Origin: Draconibacterium orientale
GTDB taxonomy: Bacteria > Bacteroidota > Bacteroidia > Bacteroidales > DYQJ01
Length of the DNA: 46,736 nt
Assembly: GCA_020719345.1 (NCBI GenBank)
Contig: DYQJ01000002.1
Location: 1-46,736, forward strand
Direction of reading: 5' to 3'
The notes under the pieces were generated by a model that saw only the letters and a list, made by a program, of their open reading frames with translations, had not been told where the DNA came from and ran no database searches. Of this stretch, positions 36,207 to 45,074 are shown one piece after another (position 1 is the stretch's first letter; every line of letters starts with the position of its first letter). The position numbers were made by a program, and so were the translations under genes.

Positions 36207-38033
36207 TCATTGCAAAATCAGCTCCGCTAAATTAGAATTTGTTATCCACCAATAGTTGAAAATCAAGATGAGCCAGAGGATTCGGGAGTTGTCTTGCTTG
36301 GCGTTCAAATGCTCGGTCAGTAGGGTTTGTACGTATGAATAATCAAAAAGTCCATGCGAAAAATATTTAGTGTCCGTTAATATCGTTTGCATCTTAGCAG
36401 ATTTTTTGAACCATACCGCAATCGGTACCGAGAATCCTTGTTTTTTCCTGTGGATAATATTTTGGGGGAGATGAGTTCGGCAAATTTCTTTAAAAAGAGA
36501 TTTTGTTTTAAAAAGGCGAATTTTATGATATTCCGGCAAACTAAGCACAAGTGGGACGAGGCGAAAGTCTAAGTAAGGCACTCTGACCTCCAGAGAGTTG
36601 AGCATTGATGCTTTATCCGTTTTTCTAAGGATGTCGTTAGATAAATAGTTGTAGAAGTCGTTTAGCTGAAGTGTTAATAAAGTTTTTCCTTGAAAGATTG
36701 ATTTAATTGGGGTGAAATAATTTCCAAGTAGATTTTTTCTCTGGTTGATAGTTGTTTGTGACATCCAGTTTAAGTGTCTTATATTGATATTTTTATCATA
36801 GTCGGCGAAGAATTTTTTTATTTTATAAGTAAAATGAAGATTTTTATCGCTTGCAGGAAGTAAATTAGCTATGCGATTGAAAATTTTAACGGCTATGTTA
36901 GGTATTAATTTGGCTACTTTGTAGGCGAGATAAGAGTCGTATCCGGCAAATATTTCGTCGCTTCCATCTCCGGATATTGCAACTGTAACATTTTGTCGCG
37001 TGATTTTGGAGAGAATATAAGTTGGAATAAGTGACGGGTCTCCAAATGGCTGGTCAAGCTTTTGAATAACATTGAATATTGTATCTTCTTCAATATCAAT
37101 AATTTGATAGAAATGTTTTATATTATAATGCTTGGTAACTATTTTTGCATAATCTAATTCGTCAAATGTTTTTTCATTGAATCCGATAGTAAAAGCTTCG
37201 TATTTATTTTGATATTGTGCAATGATGGCGCTAATAAATGCCGAGTCTATCCCGCCGGAGAGAAAGCTTCCTACTTTGACATCTGCGACAAGAGTTTTGA
37301 TAATGGCATCCGGTAAAATTTCTTTAATTTTAATTATTCTTTCTTTTAAGGGAAGTTTTTTTTGTTCCTCTACTTCTGCTTCTAAGTCGTAATATTTTTT
37401 TATTTCAAAAATATTATTTTTTAAGTCATAAATCATATAGTGCGAAGTAGCCAGCTCCATGATTTCGTTGTAAATAGTAAATAAGCTGTTCACATATTTT
37501 TGGTAGAAATAGAAGTTTAGCGAGTGCATATTGATAGAGAGTTCAATATTATGAGCTTTGATTGCTTTTATTTCAGAGGCAAAAATAAATTTATTGTTTT
37601 TATGATAATAATATAGCGGTTTAATACCAAAACGGTCTCGGGCTAAGAATAGTTTATTATTTGATTTGTCGTAAATTGCAAAAGCCCACATTCCGTTGAA
37701 CTTATTAAGGCACAGATGTTCCCATTCTTTATATGCGTGCAAAATAACTTCGGTATCCGAGTTAGTAACGAAATGATGTCCGAGTTCTATTAGTTCGTTT
37801 TTTATTTCTAAGAAATTATATATCTCACCATTGTATGTGATAGTTAGGTCTTGATAATGCATTGGTTGATTGGCATTTTCAGATAAATCAATAATTGCGA
37901 GTCTTCTGTGTCCGAGTGATATATTTTCTTCACAAAAAATACCGTCTCCATCAGGACCTCTATGTTTTTGTATTTCGTTCATTTTGCGAATTGTCGTCTC
38001 GCAAAGGAAGTTAAATCCGGCTATTCCACACAT
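36207..38033 (-). CDS. asnB: Asparagine synthase (glutamine-hydrolysing)
   Basis: N-terminal MCGIAGF (Ntn Cys2) with RGPDG and HRRLAIID. The synthetase domain has FLSGGIDSA (PP-loop). Confidence 0.92.
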   Translation of the reverse strand: MCGIAGFNFLCETTIRKMNEIQKHRGPDGDGIFCEENISLGHRRLAIIDLSENANQPMHYQDLTITYNGEIYNFLEIKNELIELGHHFVTNSDTEVILHAYKEWEHLCLNKFNGMWAFAIYDKSNNKLFLARDRFGIKPLYYYHKNNKFIFASEIKAIKAHNIELSINMHSLNFYFYQKYVNSLFTIYNEIMELATSHYMIYDLKNNIFEIKKYYDLEAEVEEQKKLPLKERIIKIKEILPDAIIKTLVADVKVGSFLSGGIDSAFISAIIAQYQNKYEAFTIGFNEKTFDELDYAKIVTKHYNIKHFYQIIDIEEDTIFNVIQKLDQPFGDPSLIPTYILSKITRQNVTVAISGDGSDEIFAGYDSYLAYKVAKLIPNIAVKIFNRIANLLPASDKNLHFTYKIKKFFADYDKNINIRHLNWMSQTTINQRKNLLGNYFTPIKSIFQGKTLLTLQLNDFYNYLSNDILRKTDKASMLNSLEVRVPYLDFRLVPLVLSLPEYHKIRLFKTKSLFKEICRTHLPQNIIHRKKQGFSVPIAVWFKKSAKMQTILTDTKYFSHGLFDYSYVQTLLTEHLNAKQDNSRILWLILIFNYWWITNSNLAELILQ

Positions 38034-38058
38034 AAATTTAATAATTAATTGTTTAATT

Positions 38059-38201
38059 GTAACTATTTAGCACCTATTAATATATTGAATATCAACATTT
38101 TTTCTCGCATAGTTTCGCAAAGATTTGATAATCAATAAAGTTCTTTCTGTGGATTTGCGAAAAATATTGATTATCAATAAATTTAGTTGCTAAATAGTTA
38201 C
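38059..38201. mobile_element. MITE-like element, copy E, with perfect 14-bp TIR and 8-bp target-site duplication
   Basis: TIRs are gtaactatttagca (38059-38072) and tgctaaatagttac (38188-38201). The direct repeat gtttaatt flanks it at 38051-38058 and 38202-38209. The interior carries tctcgcatagtttcgcaaag, tttgataatcaa and ttgattatcaa modules. Confidence 0.8.
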
Positions 38202-38314
38202 GTTTAATTCTAACTCAGCTACTCCACTATAGCATTTAACTATGCAAAAATAAAAAATAATAATTATGTAAAAATAGAAAAAATAATTTATTTTTGCAAA
38301 AAATATTTTGGAAT

Positions 38315-39241
38315 ATGCAAACAAATCAAAGAAAATCATATATTTACGCTATATCAGCTATTCTTTTGTGGTCTACGGTTGCTACGGCATTTAAGATGTC
38401 GTTGCAGAGTATGGATTTTATGCAGTTATTGTTTGTAGCGTCCTCTGTTTCTATGCTTGTTCTTTTTTTGATAATTTTACAACAAAAGAAATTAAATCTT
38501 CTTTTTGCTACTACTCGGCGCGAGCTTTTGTTTTCGGGTTTTATTGGCTTTTTGAATCCATTTGTGTATTATTTAACTCTTTTGAAAGCATATTCTATTT
38601 TGCCGGCACAAATAGCGCAGCCCCTTAATTATACATGGCCTATTGTTTTGGTTTTATTATCTGTTCCTTTACTTAAACAAAAGCTTCATATAAAGAGCTT
38701 AATATCTTTGTTAATAAGTTTTGTTGGCGTCTTTGTAATATCTTTGCAAGGGGATTTCACCAATTTTAAAATAGACCAGCCGTTCGGGGTTTTACTTGCC
38801 AGCTCGTCGTCAATTATTTGGAGCTTGTTTTGGATTTTTAATATGAAAGACAAGCGTGATGAGGTAATAAAATTGTTCTTAAATTTTTTCTTTGGCGCAG
38901 GGTATAGTTTACTTGTAGTTCTGCTGTTTTCAGATTTCTTTTTTTGGGATTTAATATCTTTGTCTTCAAGTATATATGTTGGTTTCTTTGAGATGGGAAT
39001 TACTTTTGTATTTTGGCTAAAAGCACTTCAATATACAGTTTCTAATCAGAAAATAAGCAACTTAGTTTATTTATCGCCGTTCTTATCTCTTATTTTTATT
39101 CATTTTATACTTGGTGAAGAAATTTATTTTACTACAATAATAGGTTTAATACTAATAATTTTAGGTATTTTTGTACAACAAATAAAAAAAAATATATCTT
39201 TGAGAAAAAAGATAATTCAAAAGAATAAATGTTATGAATAG
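38315..39241 (+). CDS. DMT-superfamily (EamA-like) transporter
   Basis: About 10 TM segments in two EamA-like halves. The ATG at 38315 follows a TAttTTTG box at 38289-38296, while the track ORF starts at a TTG at 38294. Confidence 0.75.
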   Translation: MQTNQRKSYIYAISAILLWSTVATAFKMSLQSMDFMQLLFVASSVSMLVLFLIILQQKKLNLLFATTRRELLFSGFIGFLNPFVYYLTLLKAYSILPAQIAQPLNYTWPIVLVLLSVPLLKQKLHIKSLISLLISFVGVFVISLQGDFTNFKIDQPFGVLLASSSSIIWSLFWIFNMKDKRDEVIKLFLNFFFGAGYSLLVVLLFSDFFFWDLISLSSSIYVGFFEMGITFVFWLKALQYTVSNQKISNLVYLSPFLSLIFIHFILGEEIYFTTIIGLILIILGIFVQQIKKNISLRKKIIQKNKCYE

Positions 39242-39908
39242 TTATGTTCTCCCGTTAATAGAAGAATTTATTAAGTCTGGTGATTTGGAAATAGCACAGG
39301 CACAATCAAAGTATATGCGCAATCAGTTCGCTTTTTATGGTATCAAAACCGACATGCGCCGCCGAATAGAAAAAGAGTTTTTCAAGAAGTATGGTTTACC
39401 GGATAATGCCGAGTTAAAAAATATTGTCACCGAGTTGTGGTCTTCCGAATATCGTGATTTACATTATTTTGCCATGACGCTGCTAAGCAAGATGAATGAC
39501 GAGCAAGATATGTATTTTGTGGATTTTCTTGAGGAATTGATGCTAAAAAATTCGTGGTGGGATACTATAGATTATATCGCTCCTCATTTGGTGCGAGAAT
39601 TTTTTGAGAAATATCCGGGCTGTATCCTTACTTATTCGTTACGATGGATACATTCAGATAACATTTGGCTGCAGCGTGCGGCTTTAATATTTCAGCTGTA
39701 TAGAAAAGAAGAGACAATGTTTGAGCTGTTAAAGATTTTGATTCGCACACGAGTGAATTCCAAAGAGTTTTTTGTACAAAAAGCCATTGGATGGAGCTTA
39801 CGACAGTATGCGAAGACGAATCCGACGAAGGTTTTGAAATTTGTGAACAAAACCACTAAGTTATCTCAACTCGCAAAGAAAGAGGCGTTAAAACATTTGA
39901 ATAAGTAA
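39234..39908 (+). CDS. DNA alkylation repair protein (AlkD-like HEAT-repeat family)
   Basis: YMRNQFAFYGIK, NSWWDTIDYIAP and KAIGWSLRQYAK are typical of the DNA_alkylation family. Overlaps the upstream gene by 8 nt. Confidence 0.75.
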   Translation: MNSYVLPLIEEFIKSGDLEIAQAQSKYMRNQFAFYGIKTDMRRRIEKEFFKKYGLPDNAELKNIVTELWSSEYRDLHYFAMTLLSKMNDEQDMYFVDFLEELMLKNSWWDTIDYIAPHLVREFFEKYPGCILTYSLRWIHSDNIWLQRAALIFQLYRKEETMFELLKILIRTRVNSKEFFVQKAIGWSLRQYAKTNPTKVLKFVNKTTKLSQLAKKEALKHLNK

Positions 39909-39922
39909 ATAATTTTATATAG

Positions 39923-40549
39923 ATGAAAAGTTTTTTGTATTTCTTGGGGTTGTTGTTTTTCGCGGTGCTGTTTTTTATCTCCTGTAGAACAGGAAATTAT
40001 AGTTTTGATTTAGATAGCACCTATAAAATAACTAAAAATGAGTGTCTTGACTACGGCTTACCTATTACTTGTTTTGAATTACAATATCCGAGTCGCATGC
40101 AGGTTATTTTTGCAAAGACCGGAGCATATAATCCTAACTATATAGAGTTTTATCATAAAACGGAAGATGTTTTTTATGAAGGTTTGACCATTGCTACATA
40201 CGAAGGAGCAAGCAGTGCGACAGATTATTTGAATGAAACAATATTAGAACAATATCTAAGTAATTATAACTCACAAATTCCGGAGATAGAAGTTTTTTTC
40301 AAAGGGAAATCCGATTTTTGCGGAAAAGATTGTTATCAGCTGCAATTAGCCGTAGAAATATCTGACTTAATGTATGGAATTAAAGGAAATTACAAGATAT
40401 TATTAGTTTTGCTGCCTCACGAAAATGGTTTGACAAACGGAGTAACATTGATATTTCAAGCAACAGATAAATCAGATATAGAAGAATTTAGTGATTTCGG
40501 ACACGAGGGAAATACTGCTAAGATATGGCAAAGCTTTAGTTTTAAATAA
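39923..40549 (+). CDS. Hypothetical lipoprotein
   Basis: Signal peptide plus lipobox-like LFFISC. No other motif recognised. Confidence 0.55.
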   Translation: MKSFLYFLGLLFFAVLFFISCRTGNYSFDLDSTYKITKNECLDYGLPITCFELQYPSRMQVIFAKTGAYNPNYIEFYHKTEDVFYEGLTIATYEGASSATDYLNETILEQYLSNYNSQIPEIEVFFKGKSDFCGKDCYQLQLAVEISDLMYGIKGNYKILLVLLPHENGLTNGVTLIFQATDKSDIEEFSDFGHEGNTAKIWQSFSFK

Positions 40550-40550
40550 A

Positions 40551-40997
40551 TTATTTTACCGGATCATACAAAAGTCCTGTAGCATAGTGTGTGTGATAGT
40601 TGTGAGAATTTAAGCCATTGCATCTTGATAAACGGTCGAAGCTGTCTAATATTCCTATAATAAATCCGTTATCTTTCACACTTTCAACTGCATATACCGA
40701 GCAAGAAGGATAGAATGAACAAGATTGCAAATCATTAGCCGAGAAGACTTTTTTATAAAATACGAAAATATTTCCTAACAGGAGTTGATATTCGTTAGAA
40801 AAAGAAAAGCTGTAGTGATATTTTGCAGCTGTAGTTTTATTAGTGTAGCGAAAAGAATTTATATCATAAGTAGTTTGCGAAGCAACATTGCCAACTTCAA
40901 AGCACAAAAGAACACAAAGTAATATAATCTTTGTGTTCTTTTGTAAGTTCAAGATGTTTATATTCTGTTTAAAAACGTGGACAAGGAATGATTGCAT
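40551..40997 (-). CDS. YidD-family (membrane protein insertion efficiency factor / haemolytic domain) protein with N-terminal extension
   Basis: The C-terminus SCSFYPSCSVYAVESVKDNGFIIGILDSFDRLSRCN...LLYDPV matches the YidD consensus C.F.P(S/T)CS.Y....G....R..RC....DPV. Confidence 0.7.
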   Translation of the reverse strand: MQSFLVHVFKQNINILNLQKNTKIILLCVLLCFEVGNVASQTTYDINSFRYTNKTTAAKYHYSFSFSNEYQLLLGNIFVFYKKVFSANDLQSCSFYPSCSVYAVESVKDNGFIIGILDSFDRLSRCNGLNSHNYHTHYATGLLYDPVK

Positions 40998-42012
40998 GCT
41001 TTTTAGGTCTATCTAAACGAGATTCAAATCGGTACATTAAAGATATTTCATGTGCGCCGCCAGAGGCACCCAATAATTTTGAGATAGTCAAATCGTAGCT
41101 GTATCCAATGTTCATTTGAAAGATTTCGTAACCTATTAGAAAAATCAATGCGTCCATGTTTTCCAATCGGTTCATATCTTTAAGAATTTGTCTAGAAGCG
41201 AGAGGTAAACCGCGTACCCATATTCCGAGTGTCATAGGTGGATGCGTCCAATATGCTCCTAAGTCTAATTGGTCATATCCGCCTTGGTATCTGTAATGTG
41301 CTGAAAAAGAGACATTTTCTTGGTCGCGGTCGTTGTAGAGTCTACTATTAGTTTTTCCAACATTTATTCGGTACCCTGCAAAAATAGAAGTCCGCATACT
41401 TACTCGTGACTGGTCATCTAATGTAAGCGATTCATTAGGACGAAATAAGTGGTCTACACTTATTCCAGCCCAGAAGTATTGGGGATTGAAAAATATAATA
41501 GAAGCTACCGCATCTAAGTAAAATTTTTGTGGTAGCGGCGGTTGCTCCAATGTCTGCTTAACTACTGAGCCGTCAGAGGTTATCATATCACCGAAAATTA
41601 ATTTTTGGAAATTAATACTACGTTGTGACATCTTAAGATGCATTCCCGGGTAGACGTAAAAACCACCATTGTATTTGGTTATCGTTCCATGCCAAGAGTA
41701 TGAGACTCCAAATTCTGTTAGCGCCAAATTTCCTGCTCCTGCTTGGTCTCTCACCGACAAAACTCCTAATCCGCTGTTAATATCTTCCAGATTTTGGTCG
41801 TACGAGGCAGAAAACGTAGTATAAGTTCCTTGTATAGAGGGCCACTGGTCTCTAAAATTAGCAACAAATCTTCCGCTCTGGGTGGCTCCCGCAAACGAAG
41901 GCGCAAGGACTAAAGGTGCAGAGTAAAATTGTGAGAATTGAATACTCTGACCGTAACCCAATTTAAACATAATCAGGTTAATCACTATCACTATATAAAT
42001 ACTTTTTTTCAA
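40969..42012 (-). CDS. Type IX secretion system membrane protein, PorP/SprF family
   Basis: IQFSQFYSAPLVLAPSFAG and the later SYDQ... and GISVDHL beta-barrel pattern are typical of PorP/SprF. The start codon is TTG. Confidence 0.8.
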   Translation of the reverse strand: MKKSIYIVIVINLIMFKLGYGQSIQFSQFYSAPLVLAPSFAGATQSGRFVANFRDQWPSIQGTYTTFSASYDQNLEDINSGLGVLSVRDQAGAGNLALTEFGVSYSWHGTITKYNGGFYVYPGMHLKMSQRSINFQKLIFGDMITSDGSVVKQTLEQPPLPQKFYLDAVASIIFFNPQYFWAGISVDHLFRPNESLTLDDQSRVSMRTSIFAGYRINVGKTNSRLYNDRDQENVSFSAHYRYQGGYDQLDLGAYWTHPPMTLGIWVRGLPLASRQILKDMNRLENMDALIFLIGYEIFQMNIGYSYDLTISKLLGASGGAHEISLMYRFESRLDRPKKHAIIPCPRF

Positions 42013-42176
42013 TTTTTTTAGTTTTTGGGTTCGTTATATTTCCTTTTAGAAAAGACAAAGTTATAATTTTTTATGCAAACAAATATATGTTTGTTTATTT
42101 TTTTATTTTTTTTGAAAGTTTACTAATAATAATAACTAAAAAATAGTAAAAAAATTATATTCTTTTTTGTTTTTTT

Positions 42177-43613
42177 TTATTTTATTTTACGAATTTTTAT
42201 TTTTAGCACCGCAAAGAGCATCGTCATAAATGGACTGATGATATTGAAAAAGCAATAAGGCAGATACGATAATGTACTAACTCCCAAGATGCCCGATTGA
42301 GTGGCACCGCAAGTATTCCATGGAATTAGAACAGAGGTAACAGTTCCTGAATCTTCTAAAGTACGGCTGAGAACCTCCGGAGCAAGTCCTTGCTGTTTAT
42401 AAATATCAGCATACATTTTACCGGGGACAACCAGAGAGATATATTGGTCAGAGGCAGTGATGTTGAAAAAGATACAACTAAAAGCCGTAGAGATAATTAA
42501 CGAAGTGGTAGTTTTGGCTACTTTTAAAATACTGGAAGATATTTTGCTTAGCATACCTCCGGCATCCATAGTGCCTCCAAAAATCATAGCGGCGAGAATC
42601 AACCATACAGTGTTCAACATTCCGGACATTCCAGAAGTGCTAAAAAGCGAGTCAACGTTGATATTTCCTGTTGTCACGCTGATATTTCCATACATTGCTT
42701 GCATCATTATTTTGTAAGAGTTCATAAAAGATATTTCTCCGCCGGCAGATAACTGTTGTATGACATCTTCTTGAAAAATAAGAGATAAGATGGCGCCAAG
42801 TAAAGTTCCTATTAATAAAGACGGGATTGGCGGCGTCTTTTTTACTATAATTATTATTAATAATATTGGGACAATAAACAGAATAGGACTGATGAAAAAA
42901 GTGTTTTTTATAGCCGTTTGAACTGCATTCACATCGTTTGTAGAGTCTTGCAAATCTAAGGTAAATCCCATGAACAAAAATATAAGTAATGTAATAATTA
43001 AAGTCGGAACAGTTGTATATAACATATATTTAACATGCGTGAATAAATCTGTTCCAGCCATTGCTGGTGCTAAATTGGTGGTGTCTGAGAGAGGAGATAT
43101 TTTATCGCCAAAGTAAGCACCGGAGATGATTGCGCCGGCGACCAGCGGTTTGCTGATACCTATAGTAGTTCCGATTCCGATGAGCGCGATTCCGAGAGTA
43201 GCAATTGTTGACCACGAGCTTCCTGTCGCCAATGAAACAATGGCACAAATAATTACCGTAGCAAATAAAAAGATTCGGGGTTGTAAGATGTCTAAACCAT
43301 AGTAAACTAATGCAGGAACTATTCCGCCGATGAGCCATGTTCCAGATAATGAACCTATTAATAACAATATAATAATAGAAGGCATGGCATCACTGATTGT
43401 TGAAACGATGCGGCTCCGTATGTCAGTCCATTTTACACCTTTATAAATCGCTATCACAGAGGCAAGTGCTGCACTAAAAAACAATGCGAGCTGATTAGCA
43501 CCGTCCAGAGTAGCATCTTGCCAGATAATTACGTTCAACGTTAATAACGCTATCAATAAGATAATAGGTACAAAAGCAGTGAAAAGCGAAACATTTGTTT
43601 GTTTGTCGTTCAT
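42177..43613 (-). CDS. nhaC: Na+/H+ antiporter NhaC family
   Basis: 478-aa polytopic protein. GAYFGDKISPLSDTTNLA is the conserved NhaC motif. Confidence 0.85.
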   Translation of the reverse strand: MNDKQTNVSLFTAFVPIILLIALLTLNVIIWQDATLDGANQLALFFSAALASVIAIYKGVKWTDIRSRIVSTISDAMPSIIILLLIGSLSGTWLIGGIVPALVYYGLDILQPRIFLFATVIICAIVSLATGSSWSTIATLGIALIGIGTTIGISKPLVAGAIISGAYFGDKISPLSDTTNLAPAMAGTDLFTHVKYMLYTTVPTLIITLLIFLFMGFTLDLQDSTNDVNAVQTAIKNTFFISPILFIVPILLIIIIVKKTPPIPSLLIGTLLGAILSLIFQEDVIQQLSAGGEISFMNSYKIMMQAMYGNISVTTGNINVDSLFSTSGMSGMLNTVWLILAAMIFGGTMDAGGMLSKISSSILKVAKTTTSLIISTAFSCIFFNITASDQYISLVVPGKMYADIYKQQGLAPEVLSRTLEDSGTVTSVLIPWNTCGATQSGILGVSTLSYLPYCFFNIISPFMTMLFAVLKIKIRKIK

Positions 43614-43630
43614 TGTGTTAAAAATATATC

Positions 43631-44485
43631 TTATTTATTTTCTTGGTCTAAAATTATCGCATAATAACCTACTACTTTATTTTTGTCACCATATATTATA
43701 TCGCCAGAGTTTTGATAATCAATAATTTTATATTTTACGGAGTCCATATTTTCAGTGATATTCAACAACACTAATACCGAAGACCATCCGCAAATTCCGG
43801 TAGTAAGGTTTTCTATGTCTGTTTTATCTATAATATTCAGATAAGAAATAAATTCTGCCGATTTATTAGATAAAATAGATAATGCAGTTTTTTTATCTAT
43901 CTCCTTAGCGTCTTCGTAAGTAGGATAATGGGCGAAATCGGTGCTTATCACAAACAAATTCTCGTCTGTGAAGTATGGTTTTATTTTATCGGCTATTTTT
44001 TTTATTGTTTCTACGTTATTTGTGCCTATGATTATCGGGACAATTTTAAAATCATAATTTAGTTTTTGTTGTAAAAACGGCAGCTGCACTTCTAAGCTGT
44101 GTTCGCGCAGATGTGTTGCTTCGTTGTTTTCAAATAACAAATTATTTGTCAATAAATTTTCAATTATTGTCGTGTTAATTTTTACTTCTCCTATCGGGGT
44201 CAAATAATTTCCGAAATTATAAATTGACGCCCCTCGCAGATGCGTATAATGACTCGTTCCTATGAGGAATACATTTTTAAAGATGCGAGAACTATCTATT
44301 TGATTATAAGCGTTAGCTGCTGTTTGTCCGGAAAAGACATATCCTGCGTGTGGCGCAATTACTGCTCTCAAATTATTTTTTTCGTACTTTTTAGCTTTCG
44401 CAAAAAATAGATTTATTTCGTCTATGAGTTCATCTTTATTAGCCGGGTAAAATCTGCCGGCAACAGCGGGAGCTCGGTTTTTCAT
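43631..44485 (-). CDS. Memo-like protein (AmmeMemoRadiSam system protein B)
   Basis: PAVAGRFYP...IAPHAGYVFSGQTAA...GTSH...STDFAHY are the Memo-family His/Asp motifs. Confidence 0.8.
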   Translation of the reverse strand: MKNRAPAVAGRFYPANKDELIDEINLFFAKAKKYEKNNLRAVIAPHAGYVFSGQTAANAYNQIDSSRIFKNVFLIGTSHYTHLRGASIYNFGNYLTPIGEVKINTTIIENLLTNNLLFENNEATHLREHSLEVQLPFLQQKLNYDFKIVPIIIGTNNVETIKKIADKIKPYFTDENLFVISTDFAHYPTYEDAKEIDKKTALSILSNKSAEFISYLNIIDKTDIENLTTGICGWSSVLVLLNITENMDSVKYKIIDYQNSGDIIYGDKNKVVGYYAIILDQENK

Positions 44486-45063
44486 TGTTGTAAAGATAAT
44501 AAGTAATTAATAAGTTTTTGTGTTGCAATGGCTCGGTGACTGATTAGATTTTTTATCTTTGCATCCATTTCTCCGAATGTTTGTTCGTATCCGCGTGGGC
44601 GAAATATTGGGTCGTAGCCAAATCCGTTGGTACCTTGTCTGCCGGTTGTTATTTCGCCTTCTATTATTCCTTCAAATAATGTTTCGTGTCCATTTATTAT
44701 CAGCGAGATGACAGTTTTAAACTGGGCTTTTCTATTGGTGGCATCCTGCATATTAGTTAGAACTTTATCTATATTTCGTTGATAATCTTGTGGTTCGCCG
44801 GAGTAACGTGCCGAGTAAACTCCCGGTGCGCCTCCAAGATGGTCTATTTCTAAACCTGTGTCATCTGCAAAACAGTTGACATTATATTTTTCATAAATAT
44901 AAAATGATTTTTGTGAGGCATTTCCTTCTATTGTATCCTGCGTTTCGGGTACTTCTTCATTACAATTGATTTCACTAAGGGTAAGGAGTTCAAAGTTGTC
45001 ACCTAATATGGCACGTATCTCGTTTACCTTGTTCTTGTTTTGAGTAGCAAAGACTAATTTCAT
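44482..45063 (-). CDS. rdgB: Non-canonical purine NTP pyrophosphatase (RdgB/HAM1)
   Basis: FATQNKNKVNE, ADDTGLEIDHLGGAPGVYSARY, GFGYDPIF and SHRAIA. Overlaps the downstream Memo-like gene start by 4 nt. Confidence 0.9.
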   Translation of the reverse strand: MKLVFATQNKNKVNEIRAILGDNFELLTLSEINCNEEVPETQDTIEGNASQKSFYIYEKYNVNCFADDTGLEIDHLGGAPGVYSARYSGEPQDYQRNIDKVLTNMQDATNRKAQFKTVISLIINGHETLFEGIIEGEITTGRQGTNGFGYDPIFRPRGYEQTFGEMDAKIKNLISHRAIATQKLINYLLSLQQ

Positions 45064-45074
45064 TTGATTGATAT

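Noticed and set aside
111-38201. The short repeated units (TTTCGCAAAG, CTCGCAGAG, TTGATAATCAA) might be CRISPR-like arrays.
   Set aside because: The units are 8-12 nt, irregularly spaced, lack unique spacers of constant length, and sit inside TIR-bounded elements. No cas genes are present.
38059-38201. The 14-bp inverted repeats between divergent asnB and the EamA gene could define a Bacteroides-style invertible promoter (inverton).
   Set aside because: No TAnnTTTG -7 box lies inside the element, the 8-bp direct flank duplication points to transposition, and no nearby invertase is encoded. Long-read orientation data could still test it.
43631-44485. The Memo-like AmmeMemoRadiSam B gene might mark a three-gene AmmeMemoRadiSam system.
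   Set aside because: Neither the AMMECR1 gene nor the partner radical SAM gene is adjacent. The neighbours are nhaC and rdgB, and the radical SAM gene at 19154-20173 is 23 kb away in a different operon.
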